Origin: Chrysomallon squamiferum
Taxonomy: Eukaryota > Animalia > Mollusca
Direction of reading: 5' to 3'
Length of the DNA stretch: 64,000 nucleotides
NCBI GenBank assembly: GCA_012295275.1
Contig: CM022665.1
Coordinates: 32,798,001 to 32,862,000, forward strand
The notes beneath the pieces are model-generated. The model ran no database searches and was not told the DNA's origin. It saw nothing but the letters and a program-made list of their open reading frames with translations. Made by a program: the position numbers and the translations under genes. Position 1 is the stretch's first letter, and each line of letters begins with the position of its first letter. This document shows positions 11,370 to 24,093 of the stretch, one piece after another.

Positions 11370-14300
11370 TTAAAAATAGTAAATACAGAAATAAATTTAA
11401 AATAAACTTACTCCCTGAAAGCTTTGTCACATTCTTCTCTTGATGCAAGATAAAATCTTTCTTTCATTTCTTGTTCTTCTCTTTTCTTCAACAATTTTTC
11501 TTTATGCATCTGTGTTCTTTTATTTTTTAACCACTCATTGTATGCTTCTCTGCTCTGCTCAGTCTAAATAATTAAAATACAAAAAAGTTCATTAAAACTC
11601 GATTGTATGAACAATTCTTATTTTAATCATAAGTGATTTTCTTTTCCAGCTTTCTTTCTCAACTTCTTTATATTTTCAACTGCAATGTTTCCCCCCAAAA
11701 TACTTGCACTAGTCATAGAGTAGGTAATAATGTTTTCAAATAATATTCATCATTTATGTTATATAATCACTTGGTCCATTATTATTAGTTTTAGTTATTT
11801 GAAAAATGATATTAAAGCCTATTCAATATATAACTGAAAGCATTAGAAAATTGCCATCATTATGGAAATAACAGTTCATTTTAAACTTGTAAAGGTCTGT
11901 TTTCTGAAATCTAAAAATTCCAATATTCATGTAGCCCAAATGGGCATTTTTCATCATCTAAACTTTTAAAGCATTTACATTATTTTGGATATACTAAATT
12001 AATGAAATAGTTAATAATGAACAGAAAAAAGAAAAGAAAAGAGAAAGAAGAATGACAAACGCACTGCAGTAATAAACAAAAATTAACTGATTGTAGCAGC
12101 TTGAAAATCTAAGAACTAAGTGTTGTGTTTCAGACTGAAAGCATTTACATTATTTTGGATATACTAAATTAATGAAATAGTTAATAATGAACAGAAAAAA
12201 GAAAAGAAAAGAGAAAGAAGAATGACAAACGCACTGCAGTAATAAACAAAAATTAACTGATTGTAGCAGCTTGAAAATCTAAGAACTAAGTGTTGTGTTT
12301 CAGACTGAAGCAAGTGTGACTAAAGTTCAAGTGTTGTGCATAAAATTAAATATTTTTGATCAGTTACAAACAATACAGGAAAATCAACAATAATAAATAA
12401 ATAAATATATGCATATGTATAAAAATATTTAAAAAAAAAATCAGTAATATTACAAAACTGCATATTATTTCCTTCAAACAACAGTTATTACAACAAAAAC
12501 CCCTAAAAACCCCACAGAAAAACAGAAATTAAAAAAATGGAAGAAAAAGAAACTGCACCCATGAACAATTTACCAAGCATTATCATTTGTAAAATAATTT
12601 TTTAAAAACAATGTCCTCATTTTTTGTTTTTCCTAACTTTATTTATTTATTTATTTTTGGAAAAATAATTCACTCTGATGATACAAATTTTGTAAAAATT
12701 GTAATATTGGAAGAAAACAAACAAAAAAACAAAATAATAATAATAATAATAAATTATTTGTTATGTGAAGAAGATAAAAGTTCATTGAGTAATAGTTAAT
12801 ACAGACTGATTCTTTATAAAGTACTTTTATAGTAAGCTTGCAAAATGTAACAGTTTAGTAAATTATTGTTACTTTAATAATAACTATAACTACATTTCTA
12901 AACTAGTATATTTTTTAATGATTTTAACTAAAGCATTAATAAATAAATAAATAATAATAATAACAATAATAATAATAATAAAGAGAAAAGTATAGGTAAT
13001 TTGTATTTCTTTTTGACTAATGATAAAATATATTTTATATATCAATTTGACATTCTTATTAATTCTTTATGGCATAAAAAAAAAAACTTAAAAGAAAAAA
13101 AAAATGAAGAAATAAAAAAAATAAATAAATAAATAACTGCTCAAAATCTTGTTTTGACATTTCCTCAAAGGTTTTAAAGTTCTATAAGGTTAATCAGAAA
13201 TAAAATATACCTGAGCAGCATCAGAGGATTCAGAATAGATGGTGTCATCCTTCTCCTGGTAGGATGAAACCAACAGTAAAAATATATTTATTAACATTTG
13301 ATAAATAAGAATAACTAACATCACAGTTTCTAAGAACTATGCATTTACTTTACAGCTGTCAAGGGGTTCTGAAACCTAACTTTCTAGATTTATGTAAGTT
13401 ATTCCATGGTATTGTTCTACTTGCTTCAGTATTATTTGCAATACATTTTTTTTTTTTTTTTTAAATTTATAAAATAATAAAATACTAATGAGAGAAACAC
13501 TAAACAGAAAGGAGCAGCTGTTTTGGAAACACATCTAATAAGAAATGTGTTCATTCTTGAAACAAGTAACAAAATTAGATTTAATATAAAAAAAATTAAA
13601 AAAAGATTGAAAAAAGTATATTTTACATGAATTTAATAAATAAAATAACATAACAACAGACAATTTTGTTAAACCAAATATTTGCATCAACAATTTATGA
13701 TTAAAAAAAAAGAAAGAAATGCTGCTTAAAAACATATCCTCATTAATAAAAATCCATTAAAGATCACATTAATTTAAAAATTAAGTGAAGCAAGCAGGAA
13801 GAGGTATTTGAACATAAAACAAACCTATTTCACCTATTTAAGACTAACTACAGTAGTAACTATTAAAAATTCATACACAGTGCACGTAAATTGTTATAAA
13901 AATAGCTGAAGTTTTTTGGAACACAACACTGAAAATTTTAAATTTAACATGGGTGCAGTGCAAAGATATTTTTAAATTTACAGTTACTAGCAATACAGAT
14001 GTAGAAATCAAAGATGCTTAATGCACTCAAAGAGTTCAAACAAACAAAATATCTATTTTTATCCACCCAATTAATATCAAGATTTGTATATTTGTATTGT
14101 TGTTTATAAATAAATAAATGTTTCTTTTATAAACTGTCTCTTACCCTGTCGGGTGTTTCTTCCTTTTTCCTTCTTTCCATCTCTTCCTCTTTCTGCTTCC
14201 TTATATGTTTTTGTTTTTCTCTCTTCCAGGCAAAAAATGCAGATTCACTCATGGTTTTGCTCTCCTCTTCCTCTTTCTTTTTTTTCTCTTCATTATGTTT

Positions 14301-16494
14301 TTTCTTTTCTTCTAAATATTTCATTCGTCTGGCAGCAGCCTCCTTCTCTGAAGGTGACATTGCATAAGGTGAATTATAATTAAAGTTTTGTAATGCTGTA
14401 CTTTGTGTTACAGCTGACTTGGGTCTCTGAGGTGCTGTGGCTGGTCTTGTTTTACGTCTGCTGTTACCATTTGCTGTAGCTGGTCGAGCATGTGATGGAG
14501 GTGTTGGATGTTTTGAGCGAAAATCGTCATAAGAGTTATTAGTATTCTTTTCTGATTTTACATGAGTCTCCTTATCCTTCTCTTCTGTAGGAGACTCTAT
14601 ATTATGTAATCTTCTCTCTGATGCTGTTAGATCTTGCACATTTACATAAGAAAATTGTCCATCACGTTCAAGAACAACTTGTTTGGAATGTTTGCCCAAT
14701 TCAGAACCTGATGATTTAGAACTACTTTCATCCTCGTCATCATCTGATTTTACTTTGTCTGCAGAATATGTTTTCTCTCTAGGAGTCTGATCATCATCAC
14801 TAGGGAAGTCAGGAGCAGGAGCAACCAAGTCAACCAATTCTTCTTTAAACACCACTTTGGTTTCACGTTTAGACTCAAGTGGGGTTTCATCTTGTGCCAG
14901 TTCAGCATTGTACTTTATCAGCTTATCTTTAACATCATACTCTGGTGGGTCTTCATCTAAATGAATAAATGAATGAATGATGTTAAACAATAATATACAT
15001 TTCTGTTTTTCTCTAATTGGTAAATATATGTTTGTATGTATGATTATTTGTGTCCGAGTTCATTTTTACAATGAAATAAAATAAAATAAAATAAAATAAA
15101 AATGACACATAATAACACATTATTAAAATCTATTGTAACAAGAAGTCATAATTTATGTTTGTTGATAAGAGTAATACGTACTTATTTGTTAATTTTTGCT
15201 GCTGTTTATCTTTAATCAGGCTATATTCTTTTCTGCAATGATTAATTAACAATCACATCTTCTTGGCTGCATTCTGATAAATTACTATGATAGCTATAAT
15301 TACATTCTTATTGTTTGACTATATTTATGTTATATTGTGATAACTGCTTTTACTTGGAATTTTATTATTCACATTCTGAAATATTAAATGCAATTGTATT
15401 TTTAGACATTTTTGAAATTAAACTCTATGTCCAAACTTAATTTATTTGGAATTTTATGCATGTATTAAACATAAACTTTTAGGAAACTGCAAGCTTTTAT
15501 TAGATTGGAATATTAGGGAAAGTGTGAAAAACAATTCCATGTTTGAAAAATCTTTGTAACCAAACAGTGTTTTTTATTCTCATACCATCTCATATAAAAT
15601 ATTCTGTACATTAGGTGGCTCCTGACAGTGACTTTAAATAATATAAGAACAATCTGTATTATTATAAAAGAAGCATACAGCTTTATCTATTAGGTGAAAA
15701 TGAGTCCAAAATGAATGTGTCTATTAAATATTAAGTAATGTTATAACTGACTATCAATGCGAATTTTAGAATGATAATTAAATATTAAGGCAGACTTTCA
15801 AGTGAATACACAAATGGAATTTCAAGTGAATATTAAATAATAAGGTGATGTTCTGAATGATTGTTAAATATTAAAAGTGGCTATACAAAGTGATGTTTAC
15901 CAGGAAATCCATCTTCCTCTCTTTGAAGTTTATATTCCATCATGGCTCGTTTCTGGTCCTCTGTAAACTCATAATCATCAGCCTCTGGCTCACTATCAGA
16001 GTGAGTCTCTGTTACCTTGGTAACAGAATCTTCTTTCTTACCACTTTCTATCTCCCATGTTCCTTTTTCTGGACTGATGTCTGAGACTGGGGTAACTGCA
16101 ACCTAAATAAAATTTTGTTTTGTTAAGTCAGGGGATATTTAAAGAAATACTGGTAAATAAAATTTGCTTGAAGATATTTGTGATTTTAGATAAAATAGAA
16201 ATTTCCTTTATGAACACAGTGTGTTAAAAACACTGAAATTTAAAATTCTTAACATGATTTTAAAAGGAAACCAAAAAAACAAACATTAAATGAAAATTAA
16301 TTAAGGCATTCAAATACTGCTTAAGTTTATCTTTGCTAGTAGACACAAACAGCTTGAATATATTTTGCATGTCTCTTTTATTTGTTACAGGGACCAGTCA
16401 CTACTGACTGTAACTGCATGCTTATGAGAATCAACAGAGGCTGATATTCACTTTCTTCATTGAATCACTTAATAAAAAATATATATATATAAAA

Positions 16495-16529
<35 letters not shown>

Positions 16530-17898
16530 TAATAAATATTAATAATTAAAAATATCCCACAAAAATATATACATGTATATATTTTTTTTATAACTGTTAC
16601 AGGCAATGTATGAAATCAGGCAATATGTAGGCTGCCTAAATATTGGTAAATTTGCTTAAACACTGCCTGGCTTATCAAGCTAATTTCTTGACACATTGCC
16701 TGAAATGAAAAATCAATCATTCACTGACAGCAATTGTTGTAAATACAAAATAACATCATGAAACAAGAAATGTCACCTCTGTAGTATACCCTCAAGAACT
16801 AATTATATTCATGATTGTACTCAGCTATTAGCTAATAACAGGTCCTAAAATAAATTCTAAAAATCATTAGTATTTTCAGAATTATTTAGCATATTTATTC
16901 CCATTTCCATACTCAGTTATGAACTAATAATGAAGCCTAAAATAAAACATTAGTATTTACAGAATTATTTACTGTATTTGTTCACATTTCCATAAAAACG
17001 CTTGAAAATTTTTGATAATACTACTTCAACTTTATGCATCTTAAAAATATGTCTGATCATAAACAGTGTTTTTGAGTTCATGTTAAATTTATTAAAAAGC
17101 ACATCTTCATCTTTTTCAATGTCTTACTTAAAGTAAATATACCCAAACATTACTTATTTCAATTAATTCAACTGTTATCTTGATAGTTACCTGAATCCAA
17201 ACAGATAAACTTTAAAAGCATGATATCTCATATTCCTTTTATGAAAATTCTTTATGATCAAGATCATTGCAAAGAACAGTATTTTTGGCTTGTGAAACAT
17301 CCCAGGTCAATGTGCTAAGCAATTATTTCATTTACTGATTCCCACTTGTGTCATTGATTTTCGACTTGCTGGCTATGTTGATATCTTAATGGATTCATCA
17401 AACAGATATTGGCTAATCCCCAAACAATGGGGGTTCAATATATGGCAAGCAAGGGTTACAAAGTTAATGAGGAAACGTATAAAAACATTTGAAAAGTACC
17501 AGTTGTATGACTGTTTCCTACATAGTTTTGCCATCTTCAAACAAGCTGTATGTCACATTATGTCATAGTGATAAAGAACAGTTTTCAGTTTTGTATATAA
17601 ATGTTTGCAATTTTGTATGTATATTATCACCAATATTTAAACATTTTAAATTTGAAATTTCGTAGTTGAATGTAATGAATTATATAATAGGAAATATCTT
17701 AAAATTAATAAGGTCTAAATATTTTAAACTTTATATTAACAAATTCTTTGGAAATATCAAAATTAAAATAGTTTACAATAAATTACAATAAATTAATCAA
17801 CTTGCCTAAAACAGTGTCTGTTTTTATTTTTAAACTTTATACTGGAAAAATAGTGTTAATGTATTCTGTACACTTTGAGTGTTAAGTTTTATTTTTTT

Positions 17899-17933
<35 letters not shown>

Positions 17934-17944
17934 TATCATTATTC

Positions 17945-17992
<48 letters not shown>

Positions 17993-18446
17993 TATTTTCT
18001 TTCTTTCTTTCTTTAATTACTTACTAACTTATTTATTTTTGCTGTCCAGTCATAATTAATAATAAAGTAAAACAATGTAAAAGTGCCCTTTAAAAATATC
18101 TGGGTGTTGATATTTGGTAGTTTTGACATCATCTCATTTTATTTTATTTCTTACGATAAGTAACCCAAAACAGTAAAATAACAGCTTGAAAGTAAAATAT
18201 AATTTTATAAACTCACTTATTATAAAACTGGTGTAGCAAAAAAGAAACTGATGTTTCTGTTCTTTTATTTACCTGAGTGGTCTCTGCAGTCCTCACCGGC
18301 TGCCTTTCATCATCAGACTTTTCTTCACTTTCAATGAAGCTGTCCAATTCCTTTTCAAAATCATCATCTTCATCATTTGATGACTTTTTATTACTGTCCT
18401 CTGGGGTTATCTCAATCTGAGGAGTCGGCAAGACGGCCGTTGACAT
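10711..18446 (-). CDS. CCDC181: Coiled-coil domain-containing protein 181; join(complement 18273..18446, 15901..16102, 14145..14956, 13211..13255, 11412..11563, 10711..10882), 518 aa
   Basis: All junctions are GT-AG and phase-consistent. Motifs: VVLERDGQFSYV, RPATA/RPKSA, YNSPYAMS, repeated AF..W.++K coiled-coil units, and C-terminus RQAQSFKYVDYYGYRY*. Confidence 0.85.
11412..11563 (-). CDS. CCDC181: CCDC181 coding exon 5
   Basis: TEQSREAYNEWLKNK...CDKAFRE; GTAAG donor. Confidence 0.85.
11968..12309. repeat. Perfect tandem duplication, 2 x 170 bp
   Basis: aaagcatttacattattttggat...gtgtttcagactg is repeated identically at 11968 and 12138. Confidence 0.95.
13211..13255 (-). CDS. CCDC181: CCDC181 45-nt in-frame exon (EKDDTIYSESSDAAQ)
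   Basis: tttcatcctaccag acceptor, CAG|GTATAT donor, phase 0-0. Confidence 0.65.
14145..14956 (-). CDS. CCDC181: CCDC181 large coding exon 3
   Basis: Corresponds to ORF 14127..14990 trimmed to splice sites (tttag acceptor, AGG|GTAAGA donor). Confidence 0.9.
15901..16102 (-). CDS. CCDC181: CCDC181 coding exon 2
   Basis: VAVTPVSD...YEFTEDQKRAMMEYKLQREEDGFP; phase 0 to 1. Confidence 0.8.
18273..18446 (-). CDS. CCDC181: CCDC181 first coding exon
   Basis: MSTAVLPTPQIEITPED...; preceded by a tttttccag acceptor at 18455, so 5' UTR exons lie further right. Confidence 0.8.
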
Positions 18447-19893
18447 CCTTTTCACTGGAAAAAATTTTCACACAAATCTTACATAGAGAAATATATATAA
18501 CAAAATATAATTGTAATAAAAAATTTAAAATATTAAAATAAAATTTTGTGTGTGTGTGCGTGTGTGACAAAACAGCTCTAGTTAATAAATATTTTTAAAA
18601 AAAGAACAGACAGAAAACATACAGATTTAGTTAAACATGTTTTCAAAGCTGGTTTATTATTTATGGTGCTCTGAAAGGAAGTAATCTAGTTACCTGAAGA
18701 AAGATATTTACACAGCCATAATTTTCATCAATAACTAGTTTATTGTTTTGTCTGTCTTAAGATAACAATGAAAACTAACAATGGATTTAAATAATATATT
18801 TATAGTGACAAAAGAAAAAAGAAAGAAAAATTCAAAAAAACAATTCTAAAAAATTAAGAAGTAATTTAAAAAAATTAAAATTTTCATAACAACTTTTTAA
18901 ATGCAAAGTCTGCAAAATTTCATGTTAATATGACAGATAACTTTTTTCATGTTTATTTTTAAAAAAAAACACTACACTGACACAATGTAAAATTAACCTG
19001 TGTTGTTGGTGGGGGTTGTGTTTTTTTGAGGGTGGAGGTTTAAATAAATAAAAACAGAAAGAAAATGCATTTATTTTATCCATACAAAATTAGACTGCAC
19101 ATATATAATTTTGTAGTTCAAAGTACAATAAATTGTCAGTGTTGTCAGTTTTAAGATAAAAATCATAGCATTTTTTAAAACATTAAGAAAAAATAAATTC
19201 AAATACAACAGAAGAGCTGGAATGAAAAGATAATATTCATATAATACAGAACTTGAAAACTGTAACATTGTTACTGAAATCACAGTGTGCTGTAACCAGG
19301 AAACCCAGATTTTTACTCATTTGAATTGTTACAATAAAATAAGTCATCAGAAATTCATCACAGTGGCAAAATCAATAATATGGCATGCGTGAAATTTATT
19401 ATCTACTGCATTATTTAAATATCATTATAGCTTTCCATAAAAAAAATGAAATATAATAAAAGGTTCAACAGGCTAAAATTGATTTATTTCCAGCCAAATG
19501 GAATAATATTTTCAAAAAATATTCATTACAATTAATACCACTGAAGCATGTATGGAATATATTTATTTGTTTTTGCTGATTTAATTTCTAAGGTTTTTCA
19601 CTTGAAGACATTACCTTTCTGATTTAAATGTGCACAAGACCATATGATTTCCAGGTATGCATCAAAAAGAAAAATAATTTGTAACAAATTTCATTAAACA
19701 TACATATTATATCAGACATTTTGTATCAAATCCTCATAAATTTATGAAAGAAAGAAAAACAGTGAGAAAAAAGAATGACATATTCCCAAATTTTTTGAAA
19801 ATATTTAATTAGAAACTACTTTTCTGTTTTAGATGCAAATATGAACTGTTTTTACCTAAAGTAAAATTATTAACAATATATCAGTTATTTTCT

Positions 19894-20150
19894 GGGGGCA
19901 GACTCTAGTTTACTTGTTAAAGCACAGACATAATTACAAGATCAATCCTCTTCATTCTAACTATGTGCTATTTCCCATTCCAGCTAACAATTAACAACTG
20001 TTTATCAAAGGCTGTGGTATGTGCTTTTATGTTCAAAGTGTATATAGCAACAGTGGTTTCTTTCATTATTGCATTATGTCCTTAAACATATATGATGACA
20101 CTTTACTATAGATTACAAATATGTATCATTCACTGTCAAAGAATTTCTTC
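19894..20150 (+). mobile_element. Degenerate tRNA-head SINE-like remnant
   Basis: GGGGGCAGAC..TAG head followed by gctatttcccattccagc...aaaggctgtggtatgtgc...gtccttaaacatat. This resembles a gastropod SINE core recalled from memory; not verified by search. Confidence 0.4.
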
Positions 20151-20326
20151 CATTTAATTAATAAATTTAAATGAAATATACACATTAAATATCTTTCTAT
20201 AATAAAGCAAAATGAAACACTTCTAAAATGAAACACACACACACACACACACACACAGACAATTACATACTTACATTTGAACATGCAGATATATTAACTA
20301 GAGCTTTTCACATTACAGAACCTTCT

Positions 20327-20341
20327 GTTTCCCTTAGCAAC
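20327..20341. promoter_or_regulatory. RFX X-box-like site GTTTCCCTTAGCAAC upstream of CCDC181
   Basis: Matches the RFX X-box palindrome pattern, ~55 bp from a minus-strand GTAAGT donor at 20274 (candidate non-coding first exon). Confidence 0.6.
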
Positions 20342-22619
20342 TAATGTTTGCAAAAACAAGACTACAAGCTTATCAAACTTTGTTGATAACTTTTTATATA
20401 AAATAGCAAGGCTCATTTATCCAGTTCACTGAGACATTTGCACTTCAAAATATTTTTATTATTATTTTTTTTTTTTTTTTAAATTAGATTTAAATAAATC
20501 ACAGATTAAAACATGATAAAATCTCTTTATAGACAAAGAATATGAAAAGTAGGCCATAACAGGTGCGGCTAAATAATTGATGTGCTTAATGGTTTTAATG
20601 TTTACAAAGCCTTAGAAGTTAATGTTCCTATAACAAGCATGCCGAGACACGTAATACAAGGAAACATAATAATTTATAGTGTTATCTTCAGTATAATTGT
20701 ACACTTGACCTTTGAGATTTTGAAAAGATAACAAAATAAACTTATATAGTACTTTGGTAACACCCCATGCTTTGGTATGATATCATATTCACTTAGAACA
20801 AAATCATTGTTCTTAAGTTTATTTGATAACTGTTATTTGGGAAGTTTGTTTGATTTGGAATTTGCTTCAGTTTTTTTAAATTCATATTTGCTGTAAAAGT
20901 ATTATTTACAATATTTAAAAATAACATGTTATAAATTTAATTTTTCTTTAAAAAATTTCAAAATTAATTTCCATTAATGTAATAGTTAAATATATTTCTG
21001 TACACTGATTTTGTACAAAATAAAATAAAGTGCAGTGTAAATTGATTGTTATTTATCTTGCTCTTGCAGATGACTGGATCATTATAAAGTGTTAACAATA
21101 TTATGTCTGTGCATACAGTGCTGAATACTTCCAATTTATAAATTATTTGATATACTGAACACAAATTCAAACTACACAGAAAGTAAACATTTTTATCATT
21201 TTAACATGAAAGAATTGAGTCACTGTGCAATAGTAATGAAAAATAACTATACTATATAATTTATATTACAAATAAAACTCTGGAATACTTTAAACATTTT
21301 TTTAACACGAAGAAGAACCATATAAATTAAATTTATATAGTCAAAACATATTTCATTTAAAAGTTTAAACATGGAATAAAAAATATCTGTGTCTTACCAT
21401 GCACAATTACTCTCATTACTGTGAGATCAGTGATGTAAAATGCATGAACAATGTGATGATCTTCCACAAATAGAGAAGTTGTATCTATTGATCAGTTATT
21501 TCCCTGACGACTGGTCGTTAATGACAATATTTGGAAACTGATAACATCTTTTAATGGGTTGCTGACAAACAGTGACAACCCAAACAAATAAAGATATTAA
21601 CAGATTAGATTAAATGACAAATGTAGCATGAAAAGTGAAATTATTTATATATTTGTTTTGGTGTTATAGTATGGAATAGGATTATTCATCTTTGAGAGAA
21701 AAAAAAAATAAAATTAAAAAAATAAAGATGCAAGATATTTCTGCAACACTAATATCAAGTTGAGATATTTGTTAAAAAAATCAATTCTTTAATAAATGGT
21801 ACAAAATTGTGTTACAGATTTATCAGACAACCTTGATTTATATTTCTTACAATATATAATTTAAAATATATTACAATAAAATTGTTTTATTTTATAATCT
21901 ATCATTTCAAATAAAAATATATCTTGGTTGACTTTGTTCTTTGCAAAAATGTTTAGTAACCATAAAATTAAGAGAGAGAAATGGTAAAGCAAATGCTTAT
22001 TTTAATTAAAACAACTAATAATTGAAAATACAATACCATCATGAGTAATAAATTAATAAATAAATAATAATGATAATAATAATAACCTCTTTTAAACATT
22101 TTAGAAAAAATCATTTTGTTAGTCTTATTGTATTAAATATAGCACAATACAGAATATAACGCGTGTGTGTTCCTGTGTGTGGTTTTTGTTTTCAAATTGC
22201 AAAATATGTACATTATGAGTGTAATATGTTTTAAAATATATTTGTGGTGGCATGAATATAAAACCTAATTTAATAACACATACAAACTTCTTGGCATTTA
22301 TTTATAATATGTATTATTTATTAAAAATTTCTAACTGATAAAGTAACAAATGTGTAGGTATACATGGAAGCTCATACTTTTTTCATGATGTCATTTTACA
22401 TAAAGAAATGTAAAAGCACATCTAATAATTGGAGACCTTGGCCACATTGAGAAGATTTATTCAGTCTGTCATGAGCTTTCCCCATAAATATAATTTGATG
22501 TACACACCAGTAGTATGTACTATGTTCCCACATACATATCAATAATGTTTTATAGCTATCTCTCTCTGTCTTCATAAACAGATAAATAAGTCTATGCATT
22601 TCTCTCTGTCCATACACAC

Positions 22620-22622
<3 letters not shown>

Positions 22623-22682
<60 letters not shown>
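22623..22682. repeat. (GA)n microsatellite
   Basis: Direct reading. Confidence 0.95.
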
Positions 22683-22685
<3 letters not shown>

Positions 22686-22991
22686 GATATGGATATAAGC
22701 ATTTTTGTTATTTTAAATCTTAAATTTTCTGTGTATCTCAAAAATATTATTATGTGTATGTAATGCATGTTAAGGATTAGATATCAACAATAAATAGCAT
22801 GTTATAGCACTAGGTCTTATTCATAATCAGTGAAGTGACGAATTTTGTTCTAGTGTGCCAAGTGTTATATTGTGCCAACAGCAGTGAACAAAGCTAATAA
22901 TAAAATGTCATGAATATTCAACAAAAAAAGAAAGAATAAGTAGAAAATAAAAGAAACATGATTTAGTCCCAAATACATAAATTTGAAGCAG

Positions 22992-23022
<31 letters not shown>

Positions 23023-23218
23023 TTATTATTGTTACTATTACTATTATTATATTATGTACATTTAAAATTTGTGAATATCACTTTTAAAAATAGTTTATTT
23101 TTTTTGATAACCTGCTGTACACTGAAAATACACTTTTTAATCCTGACTTAAGTATTAATTACTGATAATAATTATTCTGTATTGATCAGTGTTTTAAAGA
23201 TTATTATTATTTGTTATT

Positions 23219-23301
<83 letters not shown>

Positions 23302-23634
23302 TTTATTTTAATTGTAAATTTAAATCTGGCAAATATTTATTAATATATTATGTAAAAATATAAATCATTTTAAAATATTAATAGAAAACTATTTAAACCT
23401 TGAAGCATTTGCGTGTTTTATTATTATACCAGTATGAGTTAACAATATTAACCACTGGGACTACATTGAAATTTATAAGAAAGACGAAACGTCCAGACTC
23501 AAATGGAGTCAAAAACTAAAGTGTAAAATAGATAGCGATTCATGGGTATTTTAAAATATACAAATGATGATTAAACACTAAAAAAGATTTAAACTGCTTT
23601 AAATATTTAACTACAATAGTTTTCATACGCATAC

Positions 23635-23933
23635 CTGCTAATGTATCATTCCTTATTAATTCATTGAAATACACCAAGCATTGCCATAAATTGTTTATTT
23701 TCGGTGCCTTGGAAATAGCAGAGCTAGCAAATCAAGCTGACAAGCACCTGCCAACAATTCGTATAATATAATTGTCGCTATTTAAATACCAAAAATAAGT
23801 ATGTATTATAAATAATATTTCAAAATAATTCCTTCCTAACTGTGATCAAAGTTGTTAATATGGCAAGACAGAATTCAAATACGAAACAATGGTCATAAAA
23901 AAAGAAGTTTTGTACGTGATCAACGTGGTAAAG
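23635..23933. promoter_or_regulatory. Candidate shared (head-to-head) promoter of CCDC181 and PRDX4
   Basis: Strong minus-strand donor CAG|GTATGC at 23635/23634, only ~300 bp from the PRDX4 ATG. Confidence 0.45.
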
Positions 23934-24093
23934 ATGGATGGTCGTCTGCAATTCGCTTTTCTTCTTATTGTAGTACAATTGGTTTTGACAAATTCTGCAG
24001 ATGAAACATGTCACACGTTTGCAGGTGGGCAGGTATTTCCGCAAGAAACTAGACGCACTAGCGGACATACAATTCAGTGGAGCCAAGCTGTCA
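23934..24093 (+). CDS. PRDX4: PRDX4 exon 1
   Basis: [38 protein letters not shown]...; GTAAGT donor. Confidence 0.9.

Noticed and set aside
16590-17550. Possible MITE/TE remnants and a diverged ~90-bp duplication in a CCDC181 intron
   Set aside because: No definable termini, TSD or coding motif.
17901-17996. (AAT)n followed by (ATT)n inverted microsatellite (also ~55390-55460)
   Set aside because: Common in this AT-rich genome; no unique sequence in the arms.
23889-23933. Upstream in-frame ATG extending PRDX4 (MVIKKEV...)
   Set aside because: ATG 23934 has better context (AAGATGG) and gives a normal-length signal peptide.
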